This document shows, piece by piece, positions 25,460-38,461 of a stretch of DNA of 64,000 bases. Location of the stretch: contig NC_087250.1 of NCBI RefSeq assembly GCF_037042905.1, positions 10,046,001-10,110,000 of the forward strand. The letters are read 5' to 3'. The DNA comes from Lytechinus pictus (Eukaryota). The position numbers and the translations under genes are program-made. The notes under the pieces were generated by a model, which saw nothing but the letters and a program-made list of their open reading frames with translations, searched no databases and had not been told where the DNA came from. Positions within the stretch are counted from its first letter, which is position 1. Each line of letters starts with the position of its first letter.

Positions 25460-27027
25460 AGTGCTCACTCAAGCACGAGGTGTCCACACTGTGCATAGTT
25501 CCAAAAAGCAGCATAGGCCTAATACGCAAAAAAATGTACTAAACAAACTCTCATTTTTTTTTTTTTTTTGCTTTCCGGAGACAAGATTATCAGTTTAGCT
25601 ATTCACAATGAACCTTTCCTGGCGATTTATTGTTGGTTGGGGGGGGGGTCACTGGTCACAACTGATTGGCTCTCTATGCACCATCATGTAGGCCTATATA
25701 TATGGCGCAATTTTTTATATTAGTTTTGAAACGTCACGCAGAGTGCGCAACCACACAGTACCATTGAAAATATTTTCAAAAGATGGCTGAAAGTCAGTCA
25801 GAGTTTCGATGAAATCAGGGCATCGCTTTTATTATGAGTTGGTAACCTTGGACAATTGCTTGTAGTTCTATAATCATATGGCTGTTTTTGAGAAATTTTG
25901 TGGACAAATTGAAGCAAAAGTTACCTATCCTTTTTTTGTACATGTACCATCTGTGTTTATTAATATCGGGTCGGAAGCCAATACATCTGAATAAATGGAA
26001 TAAAACTCATCATGCAAAAAAAAAAAAACACTGACAATTTTATCAAAATCGACAAATACCGAAGATAATGAAGTTTAAGGATTAACAGTATTTTGTAGAA
26101 ACACTTAATGCACGTTATTGTGAATGTGTCATACGTATTTGGATGATCATGAAATGAACCCACTATCCGAATATATAAAATGAAATCATAGGTCTAATTA
26201 TTTCATACATGTGTGAATGATATTTAATGTATACCTTGTAAAAAATAACTTGCATCAATGATCATTATACAGCTTCATGATCTTTGGAGGTTTGCATGGT
26301 GGAGTTTATAACATGGAGAAGGTTCACGGTTCACCATGTGTAATATGAAGAAGGGAAGGAAACACAGGCAGAAAGATTGAAATGGAAAGACGAGATAGGA
26401 TGAAAAGAGAAAATTAGAAGTATTCTTTTCTTGAAAGTGAGTGAAGTCCTGAAAAGGACTGTAAACCAGACGAGATGAGCTGAATATGGCTTGAGTATAG
26501 CGATTGTTTGAGTAGTAGCAGGATGAAGTGAAGAGAGGTCTAGTCTAGGAGATAGAGGGCTTTATCCAGAATTTTTGGTAGGGAAGGTTTGACAGGCTTA
26601 TCCGGGGTAAAATTGTGTGCTGATTCCAAAAATGTCAGTCTTATTGACCGTACTCACGACATTTTAGCCATTTTGGCCAAATTTTGACCAAAAATGACCA
26701 ATTTGACCACTCTTCGGAAAATGGTCCCTTTACAGAATGCTTTTGTAACCACATCCAATTAAAAGGGTCTATCCTAAGCAAAAATGCACCCAGATTCCAA
26801 ATAAAGTGGTTTCATTTTCGAAATCCCACTAGAAGTGGTCATTTTGGCTATGTTTTGACCAAAAATTACAATTTTCATGATTTTTTTTGTCCGAAATGTG
26901 TTACAAACATTGATCAGAACAAAGATTGGATGTCTTTAGAAATCCACATTTATTTTAAAATGTGCGCTGGATCATAATATTCAACCTCATATAATTTATT
27001 CTGTCAGTTTTGACCTATGACGGTCAT

Positions 27028-27602
27028 TAAACTCTTGGAGCAAGTTAGCTTTTGTGAAAGCAGAAAAATCAAAGAATAAGATCAACAAAACTTTGAGTAA
27101 AATAGGACTAGCAATAAAAGAGTTATGAGCATTTGAATGTCGAGATCACTAATGCTATGGAGATCCTCCCATTGGCAATGCGACCAAGATCTGTGATGTC
27201 ACACACGTACAACTCTCCCATTTGGACACTGAAAATATACCCCAAAACATCTCTTTTTGCTCATTCTAATCATATGACAAACGATTCATCAATGATATAA
27301 TGTTGTGAAACCTCTGTACTTGTCATCTCATAAAGAGAACACCTCACCTTGTGATAGACTCTATAAAAGTGAGAATATAAGTTAAATAAGTACTAAAGTA
27401 ATGAGGGAGTTGTACGTGTGTGATATCACAGATCTTGGTCGCATTGCCGATGGGAGGATCTACATGGCACTAGTGATCTCAATATTCAAATGCTCATAAC
27501 TTTCTTATTATTCATTCAATCTTTCTCAAACTTTCAACAATATGTTTCTTTGATTTTTCTCTTTGATATGGATTCAGCTGGTTTCAAGGGTTTCATTCTC
27601 CT
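27028..27602. mobile_element. Kolobok-type MITE (left TIR deleted) in the left foldback arm
   Basis: Almost identical to 56865-57447; ends GTTTCATTCTCCT|TTAA; the opposite arm has the empty TTAA site at ~33950. Confidence 0.9.
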
Positions 27603-30600
27603 TTAAGACATAAACTGACCATTCGCCCAGTTATGCATTATAAATTGTTCAAATAGGCAGGAAACTGAGGTCTTAAGCATGTATTATCTTCTTCCCTTAT
27701 TAAATGGTAATGCATTCAAAGGTCCTTCTTGTGTAGAATTTTATGCTGATTCCAAATATATCAGACTTAATGACTCTATTCAAAAGCTTATGGTCATTTT
27801 GGTCATTTATGTCCCTCAAAATGACCAATAATACAAGTTAAATTTATCAAAAAATACTTCGAATGTTTCCAGAATCGTTACAAGGGTGTGCTGTGAAACC
27901 TACCATTGATGTATTAATCCTTAAATTGAACATCTCAAAATAATTTTGACCTCATGTAACTTATTCCATCAGTTTTGACGTATGAAGGTCATTTTGGGTA
28001 CTTTAGACATAACTGACCATTCGCGCAATTCTGCATAATAAACTGTGCAAATCGACAGGAATTTGAATTACTTAAGGGTGTGCTGTGACACCTAACATTG
28101 ATCTATTAATCCTTAAATTGAACATCTCAAAATTATTTTGTCCTCATGTAACTTATTCCATCAGTTTTGACCTATGAAGGTCATTTTGGGTACTTTAGAC
28201 ATAACTGACCATTCGCGCAATTCTGCATAATAAACTGCAAATCGACAGGAATTTGAGGTCTTCAGCATGTATCTTCTAAATGGGATTGCATTTAAAGGTC
28301 TATCCTGTGTAGAATTTTATGCTGAATCCAAATATATCACTCTTAATGACCCTATTCAAAAGATTATGGTCATTTTGGCCGCCTATGGCCCTCGAAATGA
28401 CCAATAACATCAGTTCAATTTATCAAAATATATGTCGAATGTTACCAGAATCGTTACAAGGTTGTGTTGTGACACCAAGCATTGGTTTATTATAACTTTA
28501 AATTGAACATCATGAGAGTACTTTGACCTCATGTAACTTATTCCATCAGTTTTGACCTATGAGGGCCATTTTGGGCACTTGAGACATAACTGACCAGTCG
28601 CGCAATTTTACATTCTTGTACTTCAGGTCTCCAGCGTGTTTTATCGTTTTTCCTTATAAAATGGGAATGCATTCAAAGGTCCATTTTGTGTAGAATTTTA
28701 TGCTGATTCCAAATACATCACTGTAAATGACCCTATTTAACAGCTTATGGTCATTTTGGCCGCTTATGACCCTCAAAATGACCAATAACATCAGTTTAAT
28801 TTATCAAAAATTACTTCGAATGTTACCAGAATCGTTACAAGGGTGTGCTGTGACACCAAATATTGGTGTATTAATTCTTTAAACTGACCATCTCAAAAGT
28901 TGAGTATTTTGACCTCATGTAACTTATCCCATCAGTTTTGACCTGTGAGGGTAATTTTGAGTACTTTAGACATTACTGACCATTCGCGTAGTTTTGCATA
29001 ATAAACTGTTCAAATAGGCAGGAATTTGATGTCTTCAGTGTGTATTATTTTCTTCCCTTATAAGATGGAAATGCATTTAAGGTCTATCTTGTGTAGAATT
29101 GTATGGTTATTAAAAATAAATCAGTCTTATTGACCCTATTTAAAATATTTTGGTCATTTTGGCCTCTTTTTGGCCCCAAAATGACTAATAACATAATTTA
29201 TCCAATAATACTTCGAATGTTACCAGAATCATTACAAGGGTGTGCTGTGACACATAACACTGGTGTATGAATCCTTGAAATTGAGCATCCCCAAAGTATT
29301 TTGACTACCTTGGTCATTTTGTCCACCTTGACCCCCGGGCTTGACCCCTGCCCAATGTGAATGCTAATTCACCCTATAGCGAACATGGTGAGGATAGATT
29401 CAGGATTGCGTTAATATTAGCATCAGTTATTGTTAAATGGGGAAAGTTTGAAAGCTTTTGGGTGAAAATCAATATAATGATTTCATATACTGTAGTCCAG
29501 TGTTGTGGCCTAACTATTGGACCCTGTGGTCCTTTTGACCACTTTTTCCTCAATGACCAGTGACCACTCATGCTTTGATGAAAAAAAATGCTTAAATGTT
29601 GGTCAGTGTCCTTATCAGCATGAACTACCAATAATCGGTGAAGAGTGTTGATAAATGTGATGAAATCCTTTACATCGAGTATACATAAGATTGTTTGACC
29701 ATGCACTGTGGTCATTTACTATTAGTAATATTATATTGAAATCAATAAGTATTTAGTAACTTATTATGACTGATTATTTATAATACATCTTATTAACAAT
29801 AAAGAGCGACAACAACATCTGAATCGGTTTTGATACATTCAAATGTTATTGGTCATTGTCGGGACCAAAAGTGACCAAAATGAGCACTAGCTCATAAAGG
29901 AATTAATCTCCTTCATAAAGTTTAGAAATATGTCCTAATTATGCTAAAATGTCTCATTCCTGAATTTGCTGCCCCATATATGTGAAGTTTCCATTTATAG
30001 CTACATTGTGGTCAAGGTGGCTAAAATCATGAAAATGACCACAGTGCATGGTCAAACAACCTTATGTATACTCGATGTAAAGGATTTCATCACATTTATC
30101 AACACTCTTCACCGATTATTGGTAGTTCATGCTGATAATGACACTGACCAACATTTAAGAATTTTTTTATCATCTAATTAGTGGTCACTGGTCATTGAGG
30201 AAAAAGTGGTCAAAAACAATCACAGGGTCCAATAGTTAGGCCATAACACTGGACTACAGTATATGAAATCATTGTATTGATTTTCACCCAAACAGCTTTC
30301 AAACTTTCCCCATTTAACAATAACTGATGCTAATATTGACGCGATCCTGAATCTATCCTCACCATGTTCGCTATAGGGTGAATTAGCATTCACATTGGGC
30401 AGGGGTCAAGCCCGGGGGTCAAGGTGGACAAAATGACCAAGGTAGTCAAAATACTTTGGGGATGCTCAATTTCAAGGATTCATACACCAGTGTTATGTGT
30501 CACAGCACACCCTTGTAATGATTCTGGTAACATTCGAAGTATTATTGGATAAATTATGACATTAGTCATTTTGGGGCCAAAAAGAGGCCAAAATGACCAA

Positions 30601-31074
30601 AAGATTTTAAATAGGGTCAATAAGACTGATTTATTTTTAATAACCATACAATTCTACACTAGATAGACCTTAAATGCATCCCATCTTATAAGGGAAGAAA
30701 ATAATACACACTGAAGACATCAAATTCCTGCCTATTTGAACAGTTTATTATGCAAAACTACGCGAATGGTCAGTAATGTCTAAAGTACTCAAAATGACCC
30801 TCATATAGGTCAAAACTGATGGGATAAGTTACATGAGGTCAAAATACTCAGCCTTTGAGATGTTCAGCTTAAAAAAATTATAGACCAATATTTGGTGTCA
30901 CAGCACACCCTTGTAACGATTTAAAAAATTAATACACCAATATTTGGTGTCACAGCACACTCTTGTAACGATTCTGGTGTATTTTTGGATAGATTTAACT
31001 TGTATTATTGGTCATTTTGAGGGACATAAATGACCAAAATGACCATAAGCTTTTGAATAGGGTCATTAAGAGTG

Positions 31075-32129
31075 CATATCGAAAACTTGCATACATGTAC
31101 CGGACATAGCAGACGACGTTTGCAGACCTCGCGATCATCGTATGACTAGTGGTGCAGAATGTTCCATTGCGGCTTTATGGGGGAAATAGCATTACAGAGG
31201 GATAAAATGTATACAAAAATAATGTTTCAGCGTAATTTTTTGTGTCAATTTCATAAATTATCGTTGTTTGAACATTTAAAACGTCATTATAAAGTGAAAG
31301 GAATAAGCAAAACTTAATTTTCAGACTTACCTATGCAGTGGTAAGCTAGGATGCACCCCTCTTATACATAATGGACAGTCACAATATCCAGAGACATATC
31401 CAACTTTCACAGAATAAAATTGATTTTTGTTGGCAAAAATATAATGGTATCTGATATATTTATATCCATAGTTCGGACTGACAAGGTATATATATTAATA
31501 TATTCCTAATAAAATGTTCAGCACTGCAATAGAAAGAGCTAGAAAACCGCTGTGACTCGAACAACACACCGACGCACACAAAAACTCTGTCCAGCCCTAT
31601 ATGTTGAATGCACGTCGAGTGTAGGTTTGCTCTTCGGACATCACTATCACAAAGAAAATCTCCTCTGATTTGATGATAAAAGTGCCCTATTTCCTTATTA
31701 ACCAATCTCCATGGTTCTTTTATGAGTATTTGCCTTACAATGTGCCCTTTATTATAATCTGGGCGGAAATTCTTGATATCATCACCCACCGATGTGACGA
31801 CGGATGTAATCCACCCGGGTACTATAAAAATGTCCCCCTAACCCATTATCCCAATACATATTCCTGACTATGGATGGTTTTGAGTGATTTTAATGTTATA
31901 AAGTGCCATATTTCCCACCAACTGAATGTAAAAAAAAATTATGGTCATCTGATAGAAGAAGTTGTTAACATTAATTTCAGGGGGGGGGGCGGAAATTCTA
32001 TCTGAATCAAAGCTTGTCCTTGATACACATTAATTGTTTGTGAAAAAAGGGTATGATGCAAGGGAATTCTGCGTGTTATAAGGGTGCGCGCGTGCAGCGA
32101 GGACCTTCTGTCCGCTAGTTTTCCATATG
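31075..32129. mobile_element. ~1.05-kb insertion in the right foldback arm with short TIRs and a terminal hairpin
   Basis: Interrupts the subrepeat ggtcattaagagtg|tatatttgg; ends CATATCGAAAACTTGC / GCTAGTTTTCCATATG; hairpin ggac-cttct-gtcc before CTAG. Confidence 0.65.
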
Positions 32130-32271
32130 TATATTTGGAATCAGCATAACATTCTACACAAGATAGACCTTTAAAGGCAATCCCATTTAGAAGATATACG
32201 CTGAAGACCTCAAATTCCTGTCGATTTGCACAGTTTATTATGCAGAATTGCGCGAATGGTCAGTTATGTCA

Positions 32272-33553
32272 AAGTAAAAAATGATATCATGTTTTCTCTC
32301 GACTCATATAATGTAGTTTTTATGGTGCTGTTAGATTTATCTGCCGCGTTTGATACAATAGATCATAACATTTTCATATCTCGGTTATTCAATAGAATAG
32401 GCGTTAGGTCCAAAGTCTTATCCTGGTTCCAATCATACCTGTCTGGATGGACTTCGCAAGTTGATATTGATGGCACATTGTCAAATCCCATAACTCTAGA
32501 ATTTGGACTCCCTCAGGGGTCAATAGTCGGACCCATAGGCTACTCAATATATACTCTTCCAGTTGGTGATATCATCCGAAATCACTGTATCAATTATCAT
32601 TTTTATGCTGACGACATACAATTATACGTTTCTTTTGATCCGAAGACTCCTGGAGCTCTCAATAATGCACCGGTTAAACTCCAGAATTGTACATTGTATA
32701 TCAGATCACAGTGGATGATAGTGAATAAGCTAAAATTAAATGACAAAAAAACTTAATTTTTTGTTGCGGCCTCTACTTATAACTTGCGCAATCTTCCAAA
32801 TATTCAACTTGATGTTGATGGTACACTCAAAAAATACGAAACCTTGGTGTCATATTTGATTCCCGCATGTCAATGTCGTACCATATCTCTCATATCTGTA
32901 GCAAAGTCACTTTTTATTTAAGGAACATTTCTAGAATCAGAAGGTTCATTGACCAGTACGTCTGCCTGTCACAATGCTGTTCGTTCATTGGTTCTGTCTC
33001 GTATCGATTATTGCAATGGGCTCCTTTCTACAATTCCCTATAATCAATTAATTCGTATTCAACGACTACAAAATTGGGCAGCACGATTAATTTTACAGGT
33101 TTCCCGATATCATCCTTCCCAACCAATCTTTAATTCTCTTCACTGGCTTCCTTTTAAACAGAGAATTACGTTCAAATTACTCTTGATTGTCTACAAAACA
33201 CTGAATAAACAGGCTCCACAGTATTTAAGTAACTGCTTGAATCTGTATACACCAACTAGCTATAGAGCACTTAAGTCGGCCAGTGATCACCTTCGCCTTA
33301 CATATTCATTAACTCGTACATTAGCTGGTGACAGAACTTTAACGGTGTCGGCTTCAAAATCCTGGAACGACCTGCCACTAATAATTAGACAGTCTCCAAC
33401 ATTAGCAATTTTCAAAAAGTCATTAAAAACTCATCTCTTTCGTACTTTGTAGTTTTTAAAATATTACATTTAATTAATTCATTGTAAGCGCTTTGGGCCT
33501 AATGGGAAAAGCGCAGTACAAATAATAAGTAATAATAATAATAATAATAATAA
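32272..33553 (+). mobile_element. 5'-truncated L2/Crack-type (CR1 group) LINE, RT fragment with stops and frameshifts
   Basis: LLDLSAAFDTIDH, GLPQGSIVGP, FYADDIQLY, SRIDYCNGLL, LHWLP, FKKSLKTHLF; 3' stem-loop tgtaagcgcttt..aaagcgc; (TAA)n tail; AAAGTA at both junctions. Confidence 0.92.
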
Positions 33554-34870
33554 AGTACCCAAAATGACCTTCATAGGTCAAAACTAATGGAATAAGTTAC
33601 ATGAGGTCAAAATAATTTTGAGATGTTCAATTTAAGGATTAATAGATCAATGTTAGGTGTCACAGAACACCCTTGTAACGATTCTGGAAACATTCGAAGT
33701 ATTTTTGGATAAATTTAACTTGTATTATTGGTCATTTTGAGGGACATAAATGACCAAAATGACCATAAGCTTTTGAATAGGGTCATTAAGACTGGTATAG
33801 TTGGAATCAGCATAAAATTCTACACAAGAAGGACCTTTGAATGCATTACCATTTAATAAGGGAAGAAGATAATACATGCTTAAGACCTCAATTTCCTGCC
33901 TATTTGAACAATTTATAATGCATAACTGCGCGAATGGTCAGTTTATGTCTTAAGTACCCAAAATGACCTTCATAGGTCAAAACTGACAGAATAAATTATA
34001 TGAGGTTGAATATTATGATCCAGCGCACATTTCAAAAATAAATGTGGATTTCTAAAGACATCCAATCTTTGTTCTGATCAATTTTTGTAACACATTTCGG
34101 ACAAAAAAATCAAGAAAATTGTCATTTTTGGTCAAAACATGGCCAAAATGACCACTTTTAGTGTGATTTGGAAAATGAAACCACTTTATTTGGAATCTGG
34201 GTGCATTTTTGCTTAGGATAGACCCTTTTAACTGGATGTGGTTACAAAAGCATTCTGTTAAGGGACAATTTTCCAAAGAGTGGTCAAATTGGTCATTTTT
34301 TGGTCAACATTTGGCCAAAATGGCTAAAATGTCGTGAGTACGGTCAATAAGACTGACATTTTTGGAATCAGCACACAATTTTACCCCGGATAAGCCTGTC
34401 AAACCTTCCCCATCAAAAATTCTGAATAAAGCCCCCTATCTCCTAGACTAGTCCTCTCTTCACTTCATCCTGCTACTAAACTGCATTTCTCCCTCACTTC
34501 ATCCTGCTACTACTCAAACCATCGCTACTCAAGCCATATTCAGCTCATCTCGTCTGGTTTACAGTCCTTTTCAGGACCTCACTCACTTTCAAGAAAAGAA
34601 TACTTCTAATTTTCTCTTTTCATCCTATCTCGTCTTTCCATTTCAATCTTTCTGCCTGTATTTCCTTCCCTTCTTCATATTCATGATATTACACATGGTG
34701 ATACCGTAAACCTTCTCCACAGCTTAATAATATAGTCACTACATTTTTGTTGGTGTCACCACAATATAATGTGCGAATTATTGGGCCTATCCCTTTTTTT
34801 ATATTTTCAATGGTGTGTTCATTGAAGCGATCAAGCGAGATTATATTTTGTCAGTTAAATGGTAAAAAGA

Positions 34871-35288
34871 GGTTTATTTTCAATTGGTCTAATGCCGATT
34901 CGTCCAATTACCAACTCGATCGTCTACTATCATTTGGTCTACCATCAGTTCGTCCACTATCCACATAGTCTAATTAATTTTTCTTCCACTCAACATTTCG
35001 TCTAATTAGGTCCAATTTCAATTTAGTCCATATAGGCCAACCATTTGGTCTAAGTGGACTAAGTCTATATTGGGCGAAATGAATGAAAATAAAATGGATA
35101 TTATAGACCAACTGGTTTTGAGATGAAATGGTTATAGACGAACTGGTGATTCGACGAAGTGATGATTGGACCAAATGGTTATTGGACCAAATAGTTGTCA
35201 GACGAAGTGTTGATGGACGGAACGGCATTAGACTAAATGAAAGTAGACCATGTGGACGAGTTGGCAGTAGACGAATTGGCAATTTATC
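34871..35288. mobile_element. Second copy of the 8161-9208 family (without the nested MITE)
   Basis: Same ggttta..caattggtcta start and gacgaattggcaattt end. Confidence 0.75.
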
Positions 35289-36455
35289 CTAAAAGCTTTC
35301 ACTTTTAATTAGAGCGCTTGTTATCATGGTTATAGAGGGGCCATAAGGGACAAGTCCACCCCAACAAAAAGTTTATTTGAATAAAAAGAGTAAAATCCAA
35401 CGATTATAACACCGAAAGTTTCATCAAAATTGGATTTAAAATCAGAAAATTATGATATTTTTAAGTTTAACTTAATTTGTTTTTAAAAATTATATGCACA
35501 TTTCGGTCGGTATGCAAATGAGGTAACTGCATGACATCACTCACTCACTTTTTCTTTTGTATTTTATTATGTAAAGTATTCTAATTTTCTCCTTATTGTC
35601 CTGTGAAACAAAGTTTTATTTCTCCCTGAACATGTGGTATTACCATTGTTTAACATTTTACGGTTCAGTCAAGTTGGTCCTTATTGTCAAATCTGTACAA
35701 ATTGAAACATTGCATAATTCAAACAATGAAAAATAAAAAAATAGTGAGTAAGTATAGTAAAATTCACAGAGCAAAATGTTAGGAATTTTATCTAAACCAG
35801 AAAACAAATAACAAGGTGATTACATTGTGAAGTTTAGCAATTATTGTTGGAACAGTTATATGGACGTAATTATGAATATTCATTAGCCGTGCTGATTATG
35901 TCTTGTCCCCACTTTACTTACTTAGGGATACTGAGGGAATAGACCAGTTCGTATAACGTAGTTACTCATGGACAATTTTGGTCAAATGACCTTTCATTTC
36001 TTTCATTATGATATAGGCAGATTTCAAAGCAAAATATTACGTAAGCTTGCCTTACATAGCAGGATGAAGAAATTGAATAGATTAGAAGACTAGAATAGCA
36101 CACCAATGAACACTTTATGAAGGTATTTGTTGCATTCCTACTTTGAATGCATATCAGAGCATGTTGCACAATGTAATTGGCAAACTGTGAAATACCAGTC
36201 GTTCGTGGACGCATTGTTGTTTTTTTTGTGGATGTAAATGAAAACCACTATTCAAAAGAATATATGAATAATCAAGACATCAAAGTTGGTGCTTATCTCA
36301 TTAGATTTTAAACCACCATGTCATTTTAGTACAAATGACCTTCCTCTGATCATGCGTAGAATCTTTTGATCATGCGCAGAAAGGAACTACGAACTGGCTT
36401 ATAGAGCTGTCAAGACCCCCATTACTTGCTAAATTGCAGTAAAATTTGCCATATA

Positions 36456-37469
36456 CAGTGCATCCCAAAAAATGTCCCTCTGACATAGGACTGAATTAAT
36501 TCTAAAATGTGGTAGTATTCTCAAATTAATGTTCATGAGTAGAAAGCTCATTTCATGATCTAACTTCTATGAAAATGTCATTGGTCGCGCTTCAGCGGTT
36601 TTGAATACACACTCTGTTACGTAACAGTGGTGCATTTTAGCCCATTCCAAGTTTGCAGCATCGATGCATATCTGCATTGTCTATGGCATGTTAACCCCCA
36701 TTTTTACATCCAGGATCTGAGCAGGGACATTTCCCTATTCATATCCAGGCTCATCAAATTATAAACTTGGGCATGTTCAGAAGGGCAAGAAATATAAAAT
36801 AATCAAGTTTGTTGATGATTGATAAGGGGAATCAGTGCACCAACTTGAAAGAAAATGTGAATGATGGATGAGTAAAATAAGCTAAAAAAATAACACCCTT
36901 TGCGAAAAAGGAACTTTACCAGAGAAAAATTTGACTTTTTTTTTCTTTTAAAAAGTTACATTAAACTTGACCACAGTAGCTTATTAACTAAAAAAGATTA
37001 ATAAAAACAAAAATGCAGTATTAGGCATGAATTAGGCATGAAACAGACATGACCCGTTGTCTTAATCATTGTGCATCTCCCGTTTTCAAACATGAAGCTG
37101 TTAAATTTTGTTTTTGCCCTTCTAAACATGCTCAAGGTTGTGATTTGATGAGCCTGGTTAGATCATGGAGATTTCCCTGGTCAGATCAGGGAATTCCTTG
37201 GTCAGAATGGTCAAAGGGGGTTGATATGCTAGAAAGTGCAGAACACACAGTAGTGCTGCATGCATGCAAACTTGGAATGGGCTGAAAAGTACGACTTTTA
37301 CATAATAGACTGTGTATTCAAAACCACTGAAGCGAGACCAATGACATTTTTATAGAAGTTAGAACATGAGATGAGCTTCCCAGTTAAATACATTTCATTG
37401 AGAATAATTTTTATTTTTTGAAGTAATTTAGCCCCATTATAAGAGGGACATTTTTGGGGGGACGCGCTG
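36456..37469. mobile_element. Tc1/mariner-type MITE
   Basis: TA|CAGTGCATCCCAAAAAATGTCCCTCT...AGAGGGACATTTTTGGGGGGACGCGCTG|TA; ~200-bp imperfect arms. Confidence 0.8.
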
Positions 37470-38461
37470 TATGTTTAACTTAAGTTCTTATAAGGGTATG
37501 GTTTTAATTTGTTTTTTAAGTATTATTTTATGGATTCTTCCAGTGACAGTTACAAATCATTGAGGAGTGGAATACAAAGATAAACTGTCAAAAAATAACT
37601 TGATAAAATAAGGTACCATGCAATAAGTAATTTATAAACATATCCTTTAATCCCCGGGCTTTAATCCATAAATCGGTTTATATAACCATTTATATAATCC
37701 ACTGAAAGATTTTTTTTAATGTAATTCAGAAAATAAAGAAAAAACCGTGCCCGTACATCGATCCCCGACACGCCCGCCCCCCCCCCCCCCCCCGTGCGGC
37801 CCGGCTCCCTTAATTCCCCCCTGCCCCCAACAAACAGCCGCCTCCCCTTCCTCCCTCTTTGCATGACCCATGCAAGCCCCCGCAAATTTCGGGCTCACGG
37901 TATACCCTTTACAAATATGAGTGCACCCCTCCCCCCCCCCCCCCCGGTATATCCACCAAGACGTAACGTAGGCCTATTACCCCTGCCATCCCTTCCCCGA
38001 TGTGCTAAAACGAAAGGTATACATCGGATACAATTACATGGAATTCCCAGCAAGTTAATCGGATACTTTTATAGTTAACATTTTCATTGTGGATCGGTGC
38101 CTGCCCCTCGTCGCGGTGAGTCGATCGGTGAATTGTAACTTTGTAATTATGTAGGTTTTAGGAAAATTTCAGATAAAGAATACGTAGTTGGATCATGTTT
38201 GATAGTAGAATAGTCCAGCAACATATGTAAGACTATTACCGAGCTTCTTTAGCTTTTGCAGATGAGATATTGTCGATGATGTTGCGAGCCAATAATGGCT
38301 GCCATCGAGCGGGAAGTGGGTTATTGCCCACCCCGCCAGCCCGGCGTGGCTTCCGCTGCCGGTCGTGGCGTGGTTGAGTGATAGGCAGGTGAGCGGAAAC
38401 GGTTGGAACGGGGTAGATCACGTTAGATTAGACCGAAAAATCAGTCTTTTTCTGTCAGTGG

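Larger units (their letters stand above)
26314..34719. mobile_element. Giant foldback element: inverted arms 26314-29717 and 30033-34719, 315-bp spacer, no transposase
   Basis: Termini TGGAGAAGGTT.ACGG / CCGT.AACCTTCTCCA; mirror ORFs 26684/34052 and 29374/29966; arms built of ~380-400-bp subrepeats. Confidence 0.92.

Noticed and set aside
29357..30181. Paired ORFs MTTVHGQT... as a foldback-encoded gene
   Set aside because: Mirror products of the inverted arms, with no protein motif
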